Origin: an uncultured Eubacteriales bacterium | Lineage (GTDB): Bacteria; Bacillota; Clostridia; Peptostreptococcales; Anaerovoracaceae | DNA: 43,560 bases | Direction: 5' to 3' | Assembly: GCA_902788795.1 (NCBI GenBank) | Contig: CADALS010000009.1 | Location: 1 to 43,560, forward strand | In this document: one piece after another, positions 23,544 through 35,431 of the stretch | How the letters are laid out: every line of letters begins with the position of its first letter | Numbering within the stretch: position 1 is the first letter of the stretch | Notes under the pieces: model-generated | What the model was told of the DNA's origin: nothing | Seen by the model: the letters and a program-made list of their open reading frames with translations, nothing else | Databases searched by the model: none | Position numbers and translations under genes: made by a program

Positions 23544-25226
23544 ATGCAAGAAAAATTCAAAAAGGGCACGTTCTCCACGGACGAGATGCTCTCCTGCCGC
23601 ACGCTCTACAAGGCTAACGGCTACAGCGATGAAGATTTCAGAAGGCCGGTTATAGGCATCTGCGATTCCTTTGCGGACGTAGTGCCCGGCCACAAGAACC
23701 TGCGCCTGCTTTCGGACGAGGTCAAGCACGGCATCTACCGCGCAGGCGGCACTCCCGTTGAATTTGGCTGCATTGCGGTCTGCGACGGTGTCTGCACCAC
23801 CCACGATGGATCGCGCTATTCCCTGCCCTCCAGAGAGATAGTGGCGGACGGCATAGAGATAATGGCCAAGGCTCACCGCATGGACGGCCTAGTGCTTGTA
23901 GGCTCCTGCGATAAGACCGTTCCGGGCATGCTTATGGCTGCCGCCAGGCTGGATATTCCTTGCATATTCCTTGCAGGCGGATGCATGCTGGGCGGCCCTG
24001 CCTTTGGCTCCAAGAAGAAGGCAGACTCCACCTGCGCCCAGGAGGCTCAGGGCATGCAGCAGGCTGGAAAGCTCAGCTACCAGGAGCTTCTGGACATCTC
24101 CGATGCCTGCGCACCTACGATAGGATCCTGCCAGCACATGGCTACGGCTAACTCCATGTGCTGCATGGCAGAGGCTCTTGGCATGTCCGTGCCTGGCTCC
24201 GCTGCCATCCCCGCGGTCTACAACGACCGCACCCGCGCTGCCTTCAAGACCGGCGAGATGATAGTGGACATGGTCCTTAACGGCCGCACTGCCTGCGATA
24301 TCATAACCCCGGAATCCATAAAAAACGCTATTATGGTGCTTATGGCTACCGGAGGCTCCACCAACTGCGTTATCCACACCTGCGCCATTGCCAACGAGAT
24401 AGGCATACCGGCCAGCCAGGTAATGGAGTGGTTCGAGGAATACGGCCAGACCATTCCGCTGATCTGCCGCATAAACCCGGCCTCCCACGAATTCGACGCC
24501 GAGGACTTCTACCGCGCCGGCGGCATTCCGGAGGTCATCAAGAACATGAAGGATGTCCTCTACACAGACTGCACCACCGTTACCGGCAAGACCATACTGG
24601 AAGACGCCGAGGGCTACCGCAACCTCTACGGCAGCAACCCGGAGGTCATAACCACCATGGACAAGCCCTTCTCCACCCTTGCAGGCCTTGCTATTATGCA
24701 CGGCAACCTGGCGCCTAACACCGCTGTTGCCAAGCCGGCTGCTATTGCGGAGGAGGTGCGCCACTTCGAGGGCACCGCAATATGCTTTAAGGGCGAGGAC
24801 GAGGCCAACGCAGCCATTGCAAAGCAGCTCGTAAAGCCGGGACACGTTGTAGTTATACGCTACGCAGGCCCCAAGGGCGCTCCCGGAATGCCAGAGATGT
24901 TCAAGCCCATGAAGCTGCTCTACGGCCAGGGCCTCAACAAGTGCACGGCTCTTATTACCGACGGGCGCTTCTCCGGCACCAACAACGGCTGCTTCGTTGG
25001 GCACATTTCCCCGGAAGCTGCTGCAGGCGGCCCGCTGGCCCTCGTGGAAGACGGCGACAAGATAGTTATAGACGTTGTAGAGCACAAGCTGGAGCTTTGC
25101 GTCTCCGACGAGGAGCTTGCAAGGCGCCGCGCAAAGTGGAGCTACACACCGGAGCCCATCAAGGGCTACCTTAAGCGCTACGCCCGCGAGGCCCGCAGCG
25201 CAGACCAGGGCGGAATACTGGACTAG
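23544..25226 (+). CDS. ilvD: Dihydroxy-acid dehydratase (IlvD/Edd family)
   Basis: The ATG at 23544 lies 5 nt after AAAGGAG. Motifs present are VIGICDSF, GSCDKTVPGMLMAAARL, TDGRFSG and GHISPEAAAGGP. Confidence 0.9.
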   Translation: MQEKFKKGTFSTDEMLSCRTLYKANGYSDEDFRRPVIGICDSFADVVPGHKNLRLLSDEVKHGIYRAGGTPVEFGCIAVCDGVCTTHDGSRYSLPSREIVADGIEIMAKAHRMDGLVLVGSCDKTVPGMLMAAARLDIPCIFLAGGCMLGGPAFGSKKKADSTCAQEAQGMQQAGKLSYQELLDISDACAPTIGSCQHMATANSMCCMAEALGMSVPGSAAIPAVYNDRTRAAFKTGEMIVDMVLNGRTACDIITPESIKNAIMVLMATGGSTNCVIHTCAIANEIGIPASQVMEWFEEYGQTIPLICRINPASHEFDAEDFYRAGGIPEVIKNMKDVLYTDCTTVTGKTILEDAEGYRNLYGSNPEVITTMDKPFSTLAGLAIMHGNLAPNTAVAKPAAIAEEVRHFEGTAICFKGEDEANAAIAKQLVKPGHVVVIRYAGPKGAPGMPEMFKPMKLLYGQGLNKCTALITDGRFSGTNNGCFVGHISPEAAAGGPLALVEDGDKIVIDVVEHKLELCVSDEELARRRAKWSYTPEPIKGYLKRYAREARSADQGGILD

Positions 25227-25272
25227 CGGCCAGAGCCCAAACGGTTTCACCCTTCTGGATCACAGCAATACT

Positions 25273-25306
25273 AAAACCCCTTCCCGGCTCTTCGGAAAGG
25301 GGTTTT
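25273..25306. terminator. Bidirectional terminator between ilvD and gyrA
   Basis: The hairpin is aaaaccccttcc-cggctcttcg-gaaaggggtttt. Confidence 0.8.
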
Positions 25307-25356
25307 CTTGTAACTGTAATTTAGTTGCGCGGCTCAACTACCGCCGCAGGGCAGCT

Positions 25357-27873
25357 TTACATGCTTACCTGGTCCCCGTCATCGGCCTTTTTAGCGGCCT
25401 TCCTGGCGGGCTTTTTTTCGGCTGCCGGGTCCTCTTCAGGAACGGTGTCCCTCGGAGCCCTTGCCAGTGTAACGATCTCGGCGCCTTCGCTTACCTTCAT
25501 GATCCTTACGCCCTGGGTGGATCTGCCAAGCTCGCTTACCTCGCCGGCGCTGATCCTGATGATTATGCCATCCGAGTTGATCAGGAAGACCTCGTCGTCC
25601 GGAACCACGGAGATGGCGCCGATAAGCTCTCCTGTCTTATCGAACTTGGTCTTGTCGTAGGTCAGAAGGCCCTTGCCGCCTCTGGACTGCATCTTGTATT
25701 CCTTTACCGGTGTGCGCTTTCCGTAGCCGTTCTTGGAAACTACCAGCAGAGTCTCGCCCTTAACAGCAAGCTCCATGGATACGACTTCGTCTCCCTTGCC
25801 AAGGTCTATAGCCCTTACACCGCTTGCGTTGCGGCCCATCGGACGTACTTCCTCTTCGGAGAAGCATATGCACTTGCCCTGCTTGGTTATCAGGATGATG
25901 TTGCTGTTGCCTGTGGTTTCGGCAATACCTACCAGCTCGTCTCCCTCCTTAAGCTTTATAGCTATAAGGCCAGTCTTGCGGTTGGTTATGTACTCGGAGA
26001 CCGGTGTCTTCTTGATTATACCGTTCTTTGTAACTGCAACTAAGAATCGGTTCTCGTCTATATCGCTTACAGCCATTATGGACGCTATGCGCTCGTGCTG
26101 CATAGTGTTCAGGAAGTTTACGATAGGAATGCCCTTGCCTGTCCTTGCGCCTTCCGGGATCTCGTAGGCCTTTATCATAAAGGCTCTGCCAAGGGAGGTG
26201 AAGAATATCAGGTGGTCGTGAGTCGAGCAGCTTACCAGGTGGCGTACAAAGTCGTTCTCCCTTGTTGCAAGGCCTGTAACGCCCTTGCCTCCGCGCCTCT
26301 GAGTGCGGTAGGTGTCCGCTGTTACCCTCTTGATGTATCCAAGGTGAGTAACTGTAACGACTATATCCTCCTCCTGGATCAGCTCGGACTCGTCTATTTC
26401 TTCCTCGTCCGCAACGATCTGGGTGCGGCGGTCATCTCCCCACTTGTTCTTTATCTCTGTAAGCTCGTCCTTTACAACGCCCATCAGCAGCTTTTCGTCT
26501 GCAAGCAGGCTCTTGTAGTAAGCGATCTTCTTCTTGAGGTCTGCATATTCGGCTTCGATCTTATCGCGCTCCAGACCCTGCAGCCTCTTGAGCTGCATGT
26601 CCAGTATAGCCTGCGCCTGGCGGTCCGAAAGACCGAACTTGCGCATCAGCTGTTCCTTGGCATCGTCGTAAGCCTCGCGTATAGTCTTGATTATAGCGTC
26701 TATGTTGTCCAGAGCTATAATGTAACCTTCCAGTATGTGGGCCCTTGCCTCTGCCTTGGCAAGATCGAACCTGGTCCTTCTGGTAAGCACTTCCTTCTGG
26801 TGCTTGATGTACTCTTCCAGTATCTCTTTAAGGTTCAGGAGCTTAGGACGTCCGTCCACCAGAGCTATCATTATGATGCTGAAGTTAGTCTCGAGCTCTG
26901 TGTGCTTGTAGAGCCTGTTCAGCATTACCTGCGGATTTACATCCTTTTTAAGGTCTATAACTACGCGGACCTCGCCCTTGGAGGACTCGTCCCTTATATC
27001 CCTGATGCCTTCCAGCTTCTTATCCCTTACGAGCTCTGCTATCTTGGAGATCATAACGGCCTTGTTTACGCCGTACGGGACCTCTGTAACAACTATGGAC
27101 ATAGTGCCTCTGGCGCCCTCTTCTATGGTTGCCTTTGAGCGTATGCGCACCTTGCCCTGGCCTGTCTTGTAGGCCTCCCTGATGGCTGTCTTTCCAACGA
27201 TTATAGCGCCTGTCGGGAAATCCGGGCCCTTGATGTACTTCATCAGGTGGTCTATATCGGTTTCAGGATCGTCTATGAGCTTGCAGGTGGCATTTATAAC
27301 TTCCCTGAGGTTGTGGGTAGGAATAGAAGTAGCCATACCTACAGCAATACCGTTGGATCCGTTTACCAGAAGGTTCGGGAACCTTGCAGGCAGAACCACA
27401 GGCTCAACTTCCTCGCCGTCGTAGTTGGGGATGAAGTCTACTGTGTCCTTGTCTATATCCCTTACCATCTCCAGGGCAAACGGAGCCATGCGGGCCTCTG
27501 TATAACGCGAGGCAGCAGCGCCGTCTCCGTCCATGGAGCCGAAGTTTCCGTGGCCATCCACCAGCGGGTTCCTCATGTTCCAGGGCTGAGCCAGCCTTAC
27601 CATTGCATCGTAGATGGAGGAATCTCCGTGGGGGTGGTACTTACCCATTACCTCACCGACTATCCTTGCGGACTTCTTGTGAGGCTTATCCGGGGTTATG
27701 CCAAGAGCATCCATTCCGTAGAGTATCCTTCTGTGGACAGGCTTAAGGCCATCTCTTACATCAGGAAGAGCTCTTGCTACTATTACCGACATCGAGTAAT
27801 CGATGTAGGATTTTTTCATTTCGTCGTATATCTCGTGCTGAACGAGCTTGTTATCGTGTATAAGATCCGGCAT
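25357..27873 (-). CDS. gyrA: DNA gyrase subunit A
   Basis: It has SYIDYSMSVIVARALPDVRDGLKPVHRRILY, YHPHGDSSIYDAMVRLAQ and C-terminal beta-pinwheel repeats. Confidence 0.97.
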   Translation of the reverse strand: MPDLIHDNKLVQHEIYDEMKKSYIDYSMSVIVARALPDVRDGLKPVHRRILYGMDALGITPDKPHKKSARIVGEVMGKYHPHGDSSIYDAMVRLAQPWNMRNPLVDGHGNFGSMDGDGAAASRYTEARMAPFALEMVRDIDKDTVDFIPNYDGEEVEPVVLPARFPNLLVNGSNGIAVGMATSIPTHNLREVINATCKLIDDPETDIDHLMKYIKGPDFPTGAIIVGKTAIREAYKTGQGKVRIRSKATIEEGARGTMSIVVTEVPYGVNKAVMISKIAELVRDKKLEGIRDIRDESSKGEVRVVIDLKKDVNPQVMLNRLYKHTELETNFSIIMIALVDGRPKLLNLKEILEEYIKHQKEVLTRRTRFDLAKAEARAHILEGYIIALDNIDAIIKTIREAYDDAKEQLMRKFGLSDRQAQAILDMQLKRLQGLERDKIEAEYADLKKKIAYYKSLLADEKLLMGVVKDELTEIKNKWGDDRRTQIVADEEEIDESELIQEEDIVVTVTHLGYIKRVTADTYRTQRRGGKGVTGLATRENDFVRHLVSCSTHDHLIFFTSLGRAFMIKAYEIPEGARTGKGIPIVNFLNTMQHERIASIMAVSDIDENRFLVAVTKNGIIKKTPVSEYITNRKTGLIAIKLKEGDELVGIAETTGNSNIILITKQGKCICFSEEEVRPMGRNASGVRAIDLGKGDEVVSMELAVKGETLLVVSKNGYGKRTPVKEYKMQSRGGKGLLTYDKTKFDKTGELIGAISVVPDDEVFLINSDGIIIRISAGEVSELGRSTQGVRIMKVSEGAEIVTLARAPRDTVPEEDPAAEKKPARKAAKKADDGDQVSM

Positions 27874-27885
27874 ATCTTGCTCCCC

Positions 27886-29817
<1,932 letters not shown>

Positions 29818-29859
29818 CTAGCTCCTCCGCCCCAATATATTGGGCTTTTTACGTAATTT

Positions 29860-30113
29860 TTGAACTGTAAGATTATAACATTTTGTGTGTCTAAAATCAA
29901 CGATTTGAGCCATTTTTTTAAGCCTAATGCAGAAATATGCCACAAATATTTTTTATCGCGTTATTTGGTCGATTTTTTTATAAAAACACAACATATATTG
30001 CATGTTGAAATTGTGGAATACTTTATCCACAAGCTGTGGAAAACTTGTGGATTCCTTAATTTTTTCGCTTTTATGCTTGGGATATTCCTGTGGAAAACTT
30101 TTTTTGGTATAAT
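29860..30113. other. oriC part 1: an AT-rich tract followed by a DnaA-box cluster and the dnaA promoter
   Basis: The boxes are TGTGGAATA (30012-30020), TTATCCACA (30023-30031, perfect), TGTGGAAAA (30035-30043), TGTGGATTC (30046-30054) and TGTGGAAAA (30089-30097). An extended -10, TGGTATAAT, ends at 30113. The 29860-30000 segment is strongly AT-rich. Confidence 0.8.
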
Positions 30114-30246
30114 ATCCGCAGACACAATATATATCAAATCAAAAGCTCGCGTTTTTTACTTTTCTGACGTGAGCTTCCCATATTTTAGACTAGATTTGAT
30201 ATAATATAATAGACTAAAAGAATACTACCAAAAGGAATCATCATAG

Positions 30247-31581
30247 ATGACTAAAACGGAACTAAAAGCATGCTGGGACAGTGTGCTTGATCTTATGCGC
30301 AAAAAAGTGGATCCGCTGGCTGTAGATACCTTCTTCAAGCCTCTTTCTCCCATAAAGATAAGCGAAAGGGAACAGAAGCTCTTTTTGCTTGCTCCGAAGG
30401 AATCCAACTACGCTTTCTACCAGAGCAGAGTAAACAACCACATGAACAGCCTCTCCGAATGCATGAACTCTGTATTCGGTAAAGTTTACACTATAGAAGT
30501 CACGGAAAAAGAAAGTCTCCAGGACACAGAAGATCCTTTCTCCGCAGAAGACAGCCTCAACCCTAAGTATACCTTCGAAAGCTTCGTAGACGGCCCCAAT
30601 AACCGCCTTGCATACGCAGCTTCTGTTTCTGTTGCCGAGGGTTATTCCAGGCAGTACAATCCTCTGTTCCTTTACGGCGGCAGCGGCCTTGGCAAGACCC
30701 ATCTTATGCATGCAATAGGCCACTATGTAAGCCAGAAGAGGGCAAGGAAAAAGTATATCTACGTTTCCGCTGAAACTTTTACAACAGAGCTTATAGAGGC
30801 AATAAGAAACAAGACCCAGCAGGCATTCAAGGATAAGTACCGCAAGGTAGATTATCTGCTTTTCGATGATGTCCAGTTCATTGCAGGAAACAAAGCTGTA
30901 GAAGAGGAGCTTTTCAATACTTTCGAGGCTCTTTACAATTCCAACAAGCAGCTCGTTTTCACATCGGACCGTCCTCCAAAGGAACTTAACGGTATTCCAG
31001 ACAGGCTCATAAGCCGCTTCAACTGGGGACTTCCTGTAGATATCCAGCCTCCTGAATACGAAACAAGGATGGCTATACTTAAAAATAAAGCTATTCTTGA
31101 AGGCCTGGATATTAGCGATCCCAACCTTATAGCAGTAATGGATGTCATAGCCCAGGGCGTAAACAGCAATATCAGAGAGCTGGAAGGTTCCTTTACCAGA
31201 GTTCTTGCTCATGCAGCTCTTACCGGAGAAAAGATTAGCCTTTCCCTTGCAAAGAGGGTGCTTACAGATGTATTTAAGACCAAGGAATCCGATATTTCTC
31301 CTTCGGATATTAAGAAGGCTGTAGCAAATTACTACAAGATAAAGGTCTCAGAGATGGAATCATCAAAGAGGTCCAGAAATATAGCTTATCCAAGGCAGAT
31401 AGCTATATACATGATAAGAGAACTTTGTCCAAACTATTCTTTCCCAAAGCTCGGAGAGATATTCGGAGGAAGGGATCATACAACTATTCTGCACAGCTAC
31501 GAAAAGATCTGCGACGAACTTAAATATTCTCCGGACCTTCAGAATATAATAAACAACATAAAAGCTAATCTTGAGCTTTAA
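30247..31581 (+). CDS. dnaA: Chromosomal replication initiator protein DnaA
   Basis: It has the AAA+ motif GGSGLGKTHLMHAIGHY, DVQFIAGNKAVEEELFNTF, and the domain IV sequence RPRQIAIYMIRELCPNYSFPKLGEIFGGRDHTTILHSYEKI. Confidence 0.97.
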   Translation: MTKTELKACWDSVLDLMRKKVDPLAVDTFFKPLSPIKISEREQKLFLLAPKESNYAFYQSRVNNHMNSLSECMNSVFGKVYTIEVTEKESLQDTEDPFSAEDSLNPKYTFESFVDGPNNRLAYAASVSVAEGYSRQYNPLFLYGGSGLGKTHLMHAIGHYVSQKRARKKYIYVSAETFTTELIEAIRNKTQQAFKDKYRKVDYLLFDDVQFIAGNKAVEEELFNTFEALYNSNKQLVFTSDRPPKELNGIPDRLISRFNWGLPVDIQPPEYETRMAILKNKAILEGLDISDPNLIAVMDVIAQGVNSNIRELEGSFTRVLAHAALTGEKISLSLAKRVLTDVFKTKESDISPSDIKKAVANYYKIKVSEMESSKRSRNIAYPRQIAIYMIRELCPNYSFPKLGEIFGGRDHTTILHSYEKICDELKYSPDLQNIINNIKANLEL

Positions 31582-31582
31582 A

Positions 31583-31623
31583 TAATCCACAGGCTGTGGA
31601 AAAGATGTTTTTTGTTTTCCACA
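31583..31623. other. oriC part 2: a DnaA-box cluster between dnaA and dnaN
   Basis: The boxes are TAATCCACA (31583-31591), TGTGGAAAA (31595-31603) and TTTTCCACA (31615-31623). Confidence 0.75.
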
Positions 31624-31736
31624 GGTTTTTAAAGCTTAAAACAGTTGAAAGATCAAGCTTTCCGGAGCTTATCAACTTTTCAACAGACCAACAACATCAC
31701 CAACAGCAAATAAAATTATAAAGAAAGGCGCCTGCA

Positions 31737-32843
31737 ATGAAATTCACTTGTACTCAGATAGCTTTAGCCAAGGCTATAAACACTGTTTCAAGAGCTGTTT
31801 CTGTAAGAACAACTATTCCTATCCTTAAAGGAATTCTTATGACAGTAAAAGACGGAAGGCTCACTATGTCTGCTTCCGATCTTGATCTCAGCATAGAAAC
31901 CAGCATAGATGTTCAGGCAAGCGGAGAGGGCAGCACAGTTGTTTCCGCAAAGCTTTTCGGAGAAATAATAAGAAAACTTCCTAACTCTCTTGTAACAATA
32001 GAGCAGGAAGAAGGAAAGCTAAACATCAAGTGCATAGGTTCCGATTTCAGCATAGTTTCTCTTCCTGCAGAGGAATTCCCTGTTATCGGAGGCGTGGATT
32101 CCAAGAATTTCATAGATATAAAGAAGGAAGACCTTTCCGATCTTATTAAAAAGACTGTCTTTGCAGCAAGCATAGACGAAAAGAAGGGAATTCTTACAGG
32201 CTGCCTTATAAACTTCAAGCCGGAAAATATAGAAATGGTTGCTCTTGACGGCTTCCGCATGGCTGTTGCAAACAAGGATGCAAGCACAGGAACAGACAGA
32301 AGGATAATAGTTCCTGCCAGGATACTTTCCGAGATCAACAAGATAATAGCAGACGACGAGGGTTCCGATTCTGTTTCCCTTGTAATAGAAGACAAGAAGC
32401 TGGAGATACTCACAGAAGACACAAGAGTTGTTGCAAGGCTTCTTGAAGGCGAATTCATAAAGTACACAGACATTATTCCTCAGAACTGGAAAACAAGAGT
32501 AGTTACAGGCAGAGAAGACGTGCTTTCCAGCATAGAAAGAGCATCTCTTCTTGCAAAAGAAGGAAAGAACAACCTTGTTAAGCTCAGCATTTCGGAAGGA
32601 AGCATAGATATAAGCTCCAGATCCGAAGAAGGTAATGTTAACGAACACGTTGGCGCAGACGTTCAGGGTCCGGACCTTGTTATAGGATTCAACTCCAAGT
32701 ACCTGCTTGATGTTCTTAAGTCTATTTCTGACGAAGAGATAGCATTTGAGCTTGGAACAAGTGTAAGCTCCTGCCTTATAAAGCCTGTAGACGGAAAAGA
32801 TTACACCTACCTGGTGCTTCCTGTTAGGATCACAGTAGCTTAA
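31737..32843 (+). CDS. dnaN: DNA polymerase III beta sliding clamp
   Basis: It is 368 aa, opens MKFTCTQIALAKAINTVSRAV and ends ...LVLPVRI, in the conserved position after dnaA. Confidence 0.95.
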   Translation: MKFTCTQIALAKAINTVSRAVSVRTTIPILKGILMTVKDGRLTMSASDLDLSIETSIDVQASGEGSTVVSAKLFGEIIRKLPNSLVTIEQEEGKLNIKCIGSDFSIVSLPAEEFPVIGGVDSKNFIDIKKEDLSDLIKKTVFAASIDEKKGILTGCLINFKPENIEMVALDGFRMAVANKDASTGTDRRIIVPARILSEINKIIADDEGSDSVSLVIEDKKLEILTEDTRVVARLLEGEFIKYTDIIPQNWKTRVVTGREDVLSSIERASLLAKEGKNNLVKLSISEGSIDISSRSEEGNVNEHVGADVQGPDLVIGFNSKYLLDVLKSISDEEIAFELGTSVSSCLIKPVDGKDYTYLVLPVRITVA

Positions 32844-33926
32844 ATGTATTTCAAGCAGATAGAACTTAAAAACTTCAGGAATTATAAAGATCAGAAAGTA
32901 GAGTTCGATCCAAAGCTCAACCTTATCTTAGGAGATAACGCTCAGGGTAAGACCAATCTTCTTGAAAGCCTCTTTATAATGGGTCTTGGAAAGTCCTTTA
33001 AGACCAACAACGACAAAGAAATGATAGCCTTTGGAGAAAATATAGCAAGGGCTAAGTGCGTTGTTGGAGAAAAAGGGGAGCCGGATACCGAAATAGAGAT
33101 AGCCTACAGCACAGAAGGCAAGCTAATAAAGGTAAACGGTGTAAAACTTTTAAGAAACGTGGACCTTTTGGAGAATATTTACGTTGTTATATTTTCTCCT
33201 GAAGATCTTAAGATAGTAAAAGACGGTCCTGATCTTAGAAGAAGGTTCCTGGACAGAGAGCTTTGCCAGATAAAACCTGTATATTACAGCGATCTTGGAA
33301 ACTATAAAAAGGTCCTTAAGCAGAGAAATACACTTTTAAGAGATCAGAATGACGATATCTACCTCTTTGATGTTTTCGATGAAGCTCTTTCTGATTACGG
33401 CGTAAGGATAGTAGAGGAAAGAAAAAAGTTCATCGAAAGGCTGCATGGGATCTGCAAACAGATACACAGCGATATATCGAGCGGAAAAGAAGAGCTGGAG
33501 ATCAGGTATGAGACTGCAACTGAAGATAAGTTACAGTTCAAAACCAAGCTCAGAGAAAGCTTTAAGAACGATATTTTAAGAGGATATACCGGTTTTGGCC
33601 CTCATAAGGACTTCCTTTCCATAAAAGTTAACGGAAAGGATATAAGGGTCTACGGTTCCCAGGGCCAGCAGAGGACTGCAGCGCTTTCTTTAAAGCTTGC
33701 GGAAATAGAGCTCATAAAGCAGGAAACAGGGCACAACGCAGTGCTTTTGCTTGACGATGTCCTTTCGGAACTGGATACCAACAGGCAAAGATACCTTATA
33801 GAAACTATGAAGGACGTACAGATATTCGTATCTGCCACCGGAATAGAGGAAGAACTGCAAAAAATGCTTCCTAAAGGCAATGTATATATTGTTGACAACG
33901 GAAAAGTCAACTTATATAATAGATAA
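32844..33926 (+). CDS. recF: DNA replication and repair protein RecF
   Basis: The ATG directly follows the dnaN stop. It has the Walker A motif GDNAQGKTNLLES, the signature GSQGQQRTAALSLKLAE and the Walker B motif VLLLDDVLSELD. Confidence 0.95.
   Translation: MYFKQIELKNFRNYKDQKVEFDPKLNLILGDNAQGKTNLLESLFIMGLGKSFKTNNDKEMIAFGENIARAKCVVGEKGEPDTEIEIAYSTEGKLIKVNGVKLLRNVDLLENIYVVIFSPEDLKIVKDGPDLRRRFLDRELCQIKPVYYSDLGNYKKVLKQRNTLLRDQNDDIYLFDVFDEALSDYGVRIVEERKKFIERLHGICKQIHSDISSGKEELEIRYETATEDKLQFKTKLRESFKNDILRGYTGFGPHKDFLSIKVNGKDIRVYGSQGQQRTAALSLKLAEIELIKQETGHNAVLLLDDVLSELDTNRQRYLIETMKDVQIFVSATGIEEELQKMLPKGNVYIVDNGKVNLYNR
33892..33920 (+). promoter_or_regulatory. Consensus sigma-A-type promoter inside the recF 3' end, facing rpmH
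   Basis: The elements are TTGACA (33892-33897), an exact 17-nt spacer, and TATAAT (33915-33920). It lies 59 nt upstream of the rpmH ATG. Confidence 0.65.
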
Positions 33927-33978
33927 GCTACTCTATTTTAAGATGGAGCAGTATTTTTAAGAGAAAGGAGGAACAACC

Positions 33979-34122
33979 ATGGCAAGCGGAAAGATGACAT
34001 ACCAGCCCAAGAAGGCTCAGAGGTCCAAGGAGCACGGCTTCCGTAAGAGAATGTCCACAAAGAACGGCAGAAACGTTCTCAAGAGAAGAAGACTCAGAGG
34101 CAGAAAGCGTATCAGCGCATAA
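33979..34122 (+). CDS. rpmH: 50S ribosomal protein L34
   Basis: This ORF is not in the track because it is under 60 aa. An AAGGAGG RBS precedes it. The translation is [47 protein letters not shown]. Its stop overlaps the rnpA start (TAATG). Confidence 0.9.
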   Translation: MASGKMTYQPKKAQRSKEHGFRKRMSTKNGRNVLKRRRLRGRKRISA

Positions 34123-34460
34123 TGAAGGATCTGCTAACTCTAAGGAACAAGGAAGATTTTACACGTCTCCATAAGCACGGAAGATCTGTAGGAAGCAGAT
34201 TTGTTGTTATGGTAAGTTTAAAGAACGATCTTCCCTACAACAGAAGGGCCTTTTTAGCAAGTAAAAAGGTCGGAAACAGCGTACAACGACACAGAGCTGT
34301 ACGTCTGATGAGAGAATCCTTCAGGCAGATAGAAAAAGACAACCAGATGCCTGTCGGGTACGATTTTTTATTTATAGCCAGAAGTACGATCATTGATTCG
34401 AAATGCGCGGATGTGAAAAAATCTATTGAAGCCGCATTAAAACGAGCGAGTCTTACTTAG
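34122..34460 (+). CDS. rnpA: Ribonuclease P protein component
   Basis: It sits directly after rpmH and is a basic 112-aa protein ([24 protein letters not shown]). Confidence 0.9.
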   Translation: MKDLLTLRNKEDFTRLHKHGRSVGSRFVVMVSLKNDLPYNRRAFLASKKVGNSVQRHRAVRLMRESFRQIEKDNQMPVGYDFLFIARSTIIDSKCADVKKSIEAALKRASLT

Positions 34461-34465
34461 AAACC

Positions 34466-34675
34466 ATGAAATTTATACTAATCTTCCTTATAAATGTATA
34501 TCGTGGTTACATTTCGCCCAGGTTTCCTGGAGTGTGCAGGTTTACACCTACATGTTCTCAGTATGCCCTGGAAGCTATACAAAAGTACGGCGCGTTAAAA
34601 GGAACTTGGCTAGCAATCAAACGTATATTAAGGTGCCACCCCGGTAATCCGGGAGGATACGATCCGGTACCTTGA
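34466..34675 (+). CDS. yidD: Membrane protein insertion efficiency factor YidD
   Basis: It contains [44 protein letters not shown]. Confidence 0.9.
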   Translation: MKFILIFLINVYRGYISPRFPGVCRFTPTCSQYALEAIQKYGALKGTWLAIKRILRCHPGNPGGYDPVP

Positions 34676-34687
34676 TCTGGAGGAAAA

Positions 34688-35413
34688 ATGCAAGCGATCA
34701 CAGGATTTTTTGCAACAATAATCGGATATCCTATCCAGTGGGTGTATTCACTGGTCAATAATTATGGTATCACGATCATAATCATTACTTTAATAGTAAG
34801 ATTATGCCTTCTTCCGCTTTACGCTAAGCAGATAAAGAGCACTGCACAGCAAGCAGGACTCCAGGCTCAGATAAAGGATATACAGACCAGATACGCAAAC
34901 AACAGGGAAAAAATGAACGAAGAGATGAGCAATCTCTACGCTAAGTCAGGTATCAGCCCCATGAGCGGATGCCTTCCGCTTATCATCCAGCTCCCGATAA
35001 TCTACGGACTGTTTGCCGTACTCAGGAACCCGCTCACCTACATGACATCCAACAACATGATAGCAGCGGTCCACGAGTCTTTCCTTTGGATAACAGACCT
35101 TTCTCAGCCTGATTCCTGGATACTTCCAATACTTGCAGGTGTTACAACATACCTTACCTCTGCAACAACAATGTCTGCGCAGAGCGCTGCAGGAGCAGCT
35201 AACGGTATGATGAACAGCATGAAATATTTCATGCCTGTAATGATTTTCCTCATGGGAAGATCTTTCCCATCCGGACTTACACTTTATTGGACTATAGGTA
35301 ACTGCTTCATGATAGTTCAGACCTGGCTCTTCAACAGGAAGAACAAGAAGAAAAAGGCTCAGGAAGAAGCAGAGGCGGAAGTTCTCAGAAGAATGAAGAA
35401 AGACAACAAGTAA
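34688..35413 (+). CDS. yidC: YidC/Oxa1-family membrane protein insertase (short Gram-positive type)
   Basis: It has multiple TM helices, the sequences LLPLYAKQIKST and MSGCLPLIIQLPI, a basic C-terminal tail, and the conserved position. Confidence 0.9.
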   Translation: MQAITGFFATIIGYPIQWVYSLVNNYGITIIIITLIVRLCLLPLYAKQIKSTAQQAGLQAQIKDIQTRYANNREKMNEEMSNLYAKSGISPMSGCLPLIIQLPIIYGLFAVLRNPLTYMTSNNMIAAVHESFLWITDLSQPDSWILPILAGVTTYLTSATTMSAQSAAGAANGMMNSMKYFMPVMIFLMGRSFPSGLTLYWTIGNCFMIVQTWLFNRKNKKKKAQEEAEAEVLRRMKKDNK

Positions 35414-35431
35414 TCATCTTTGGAGGCATAG

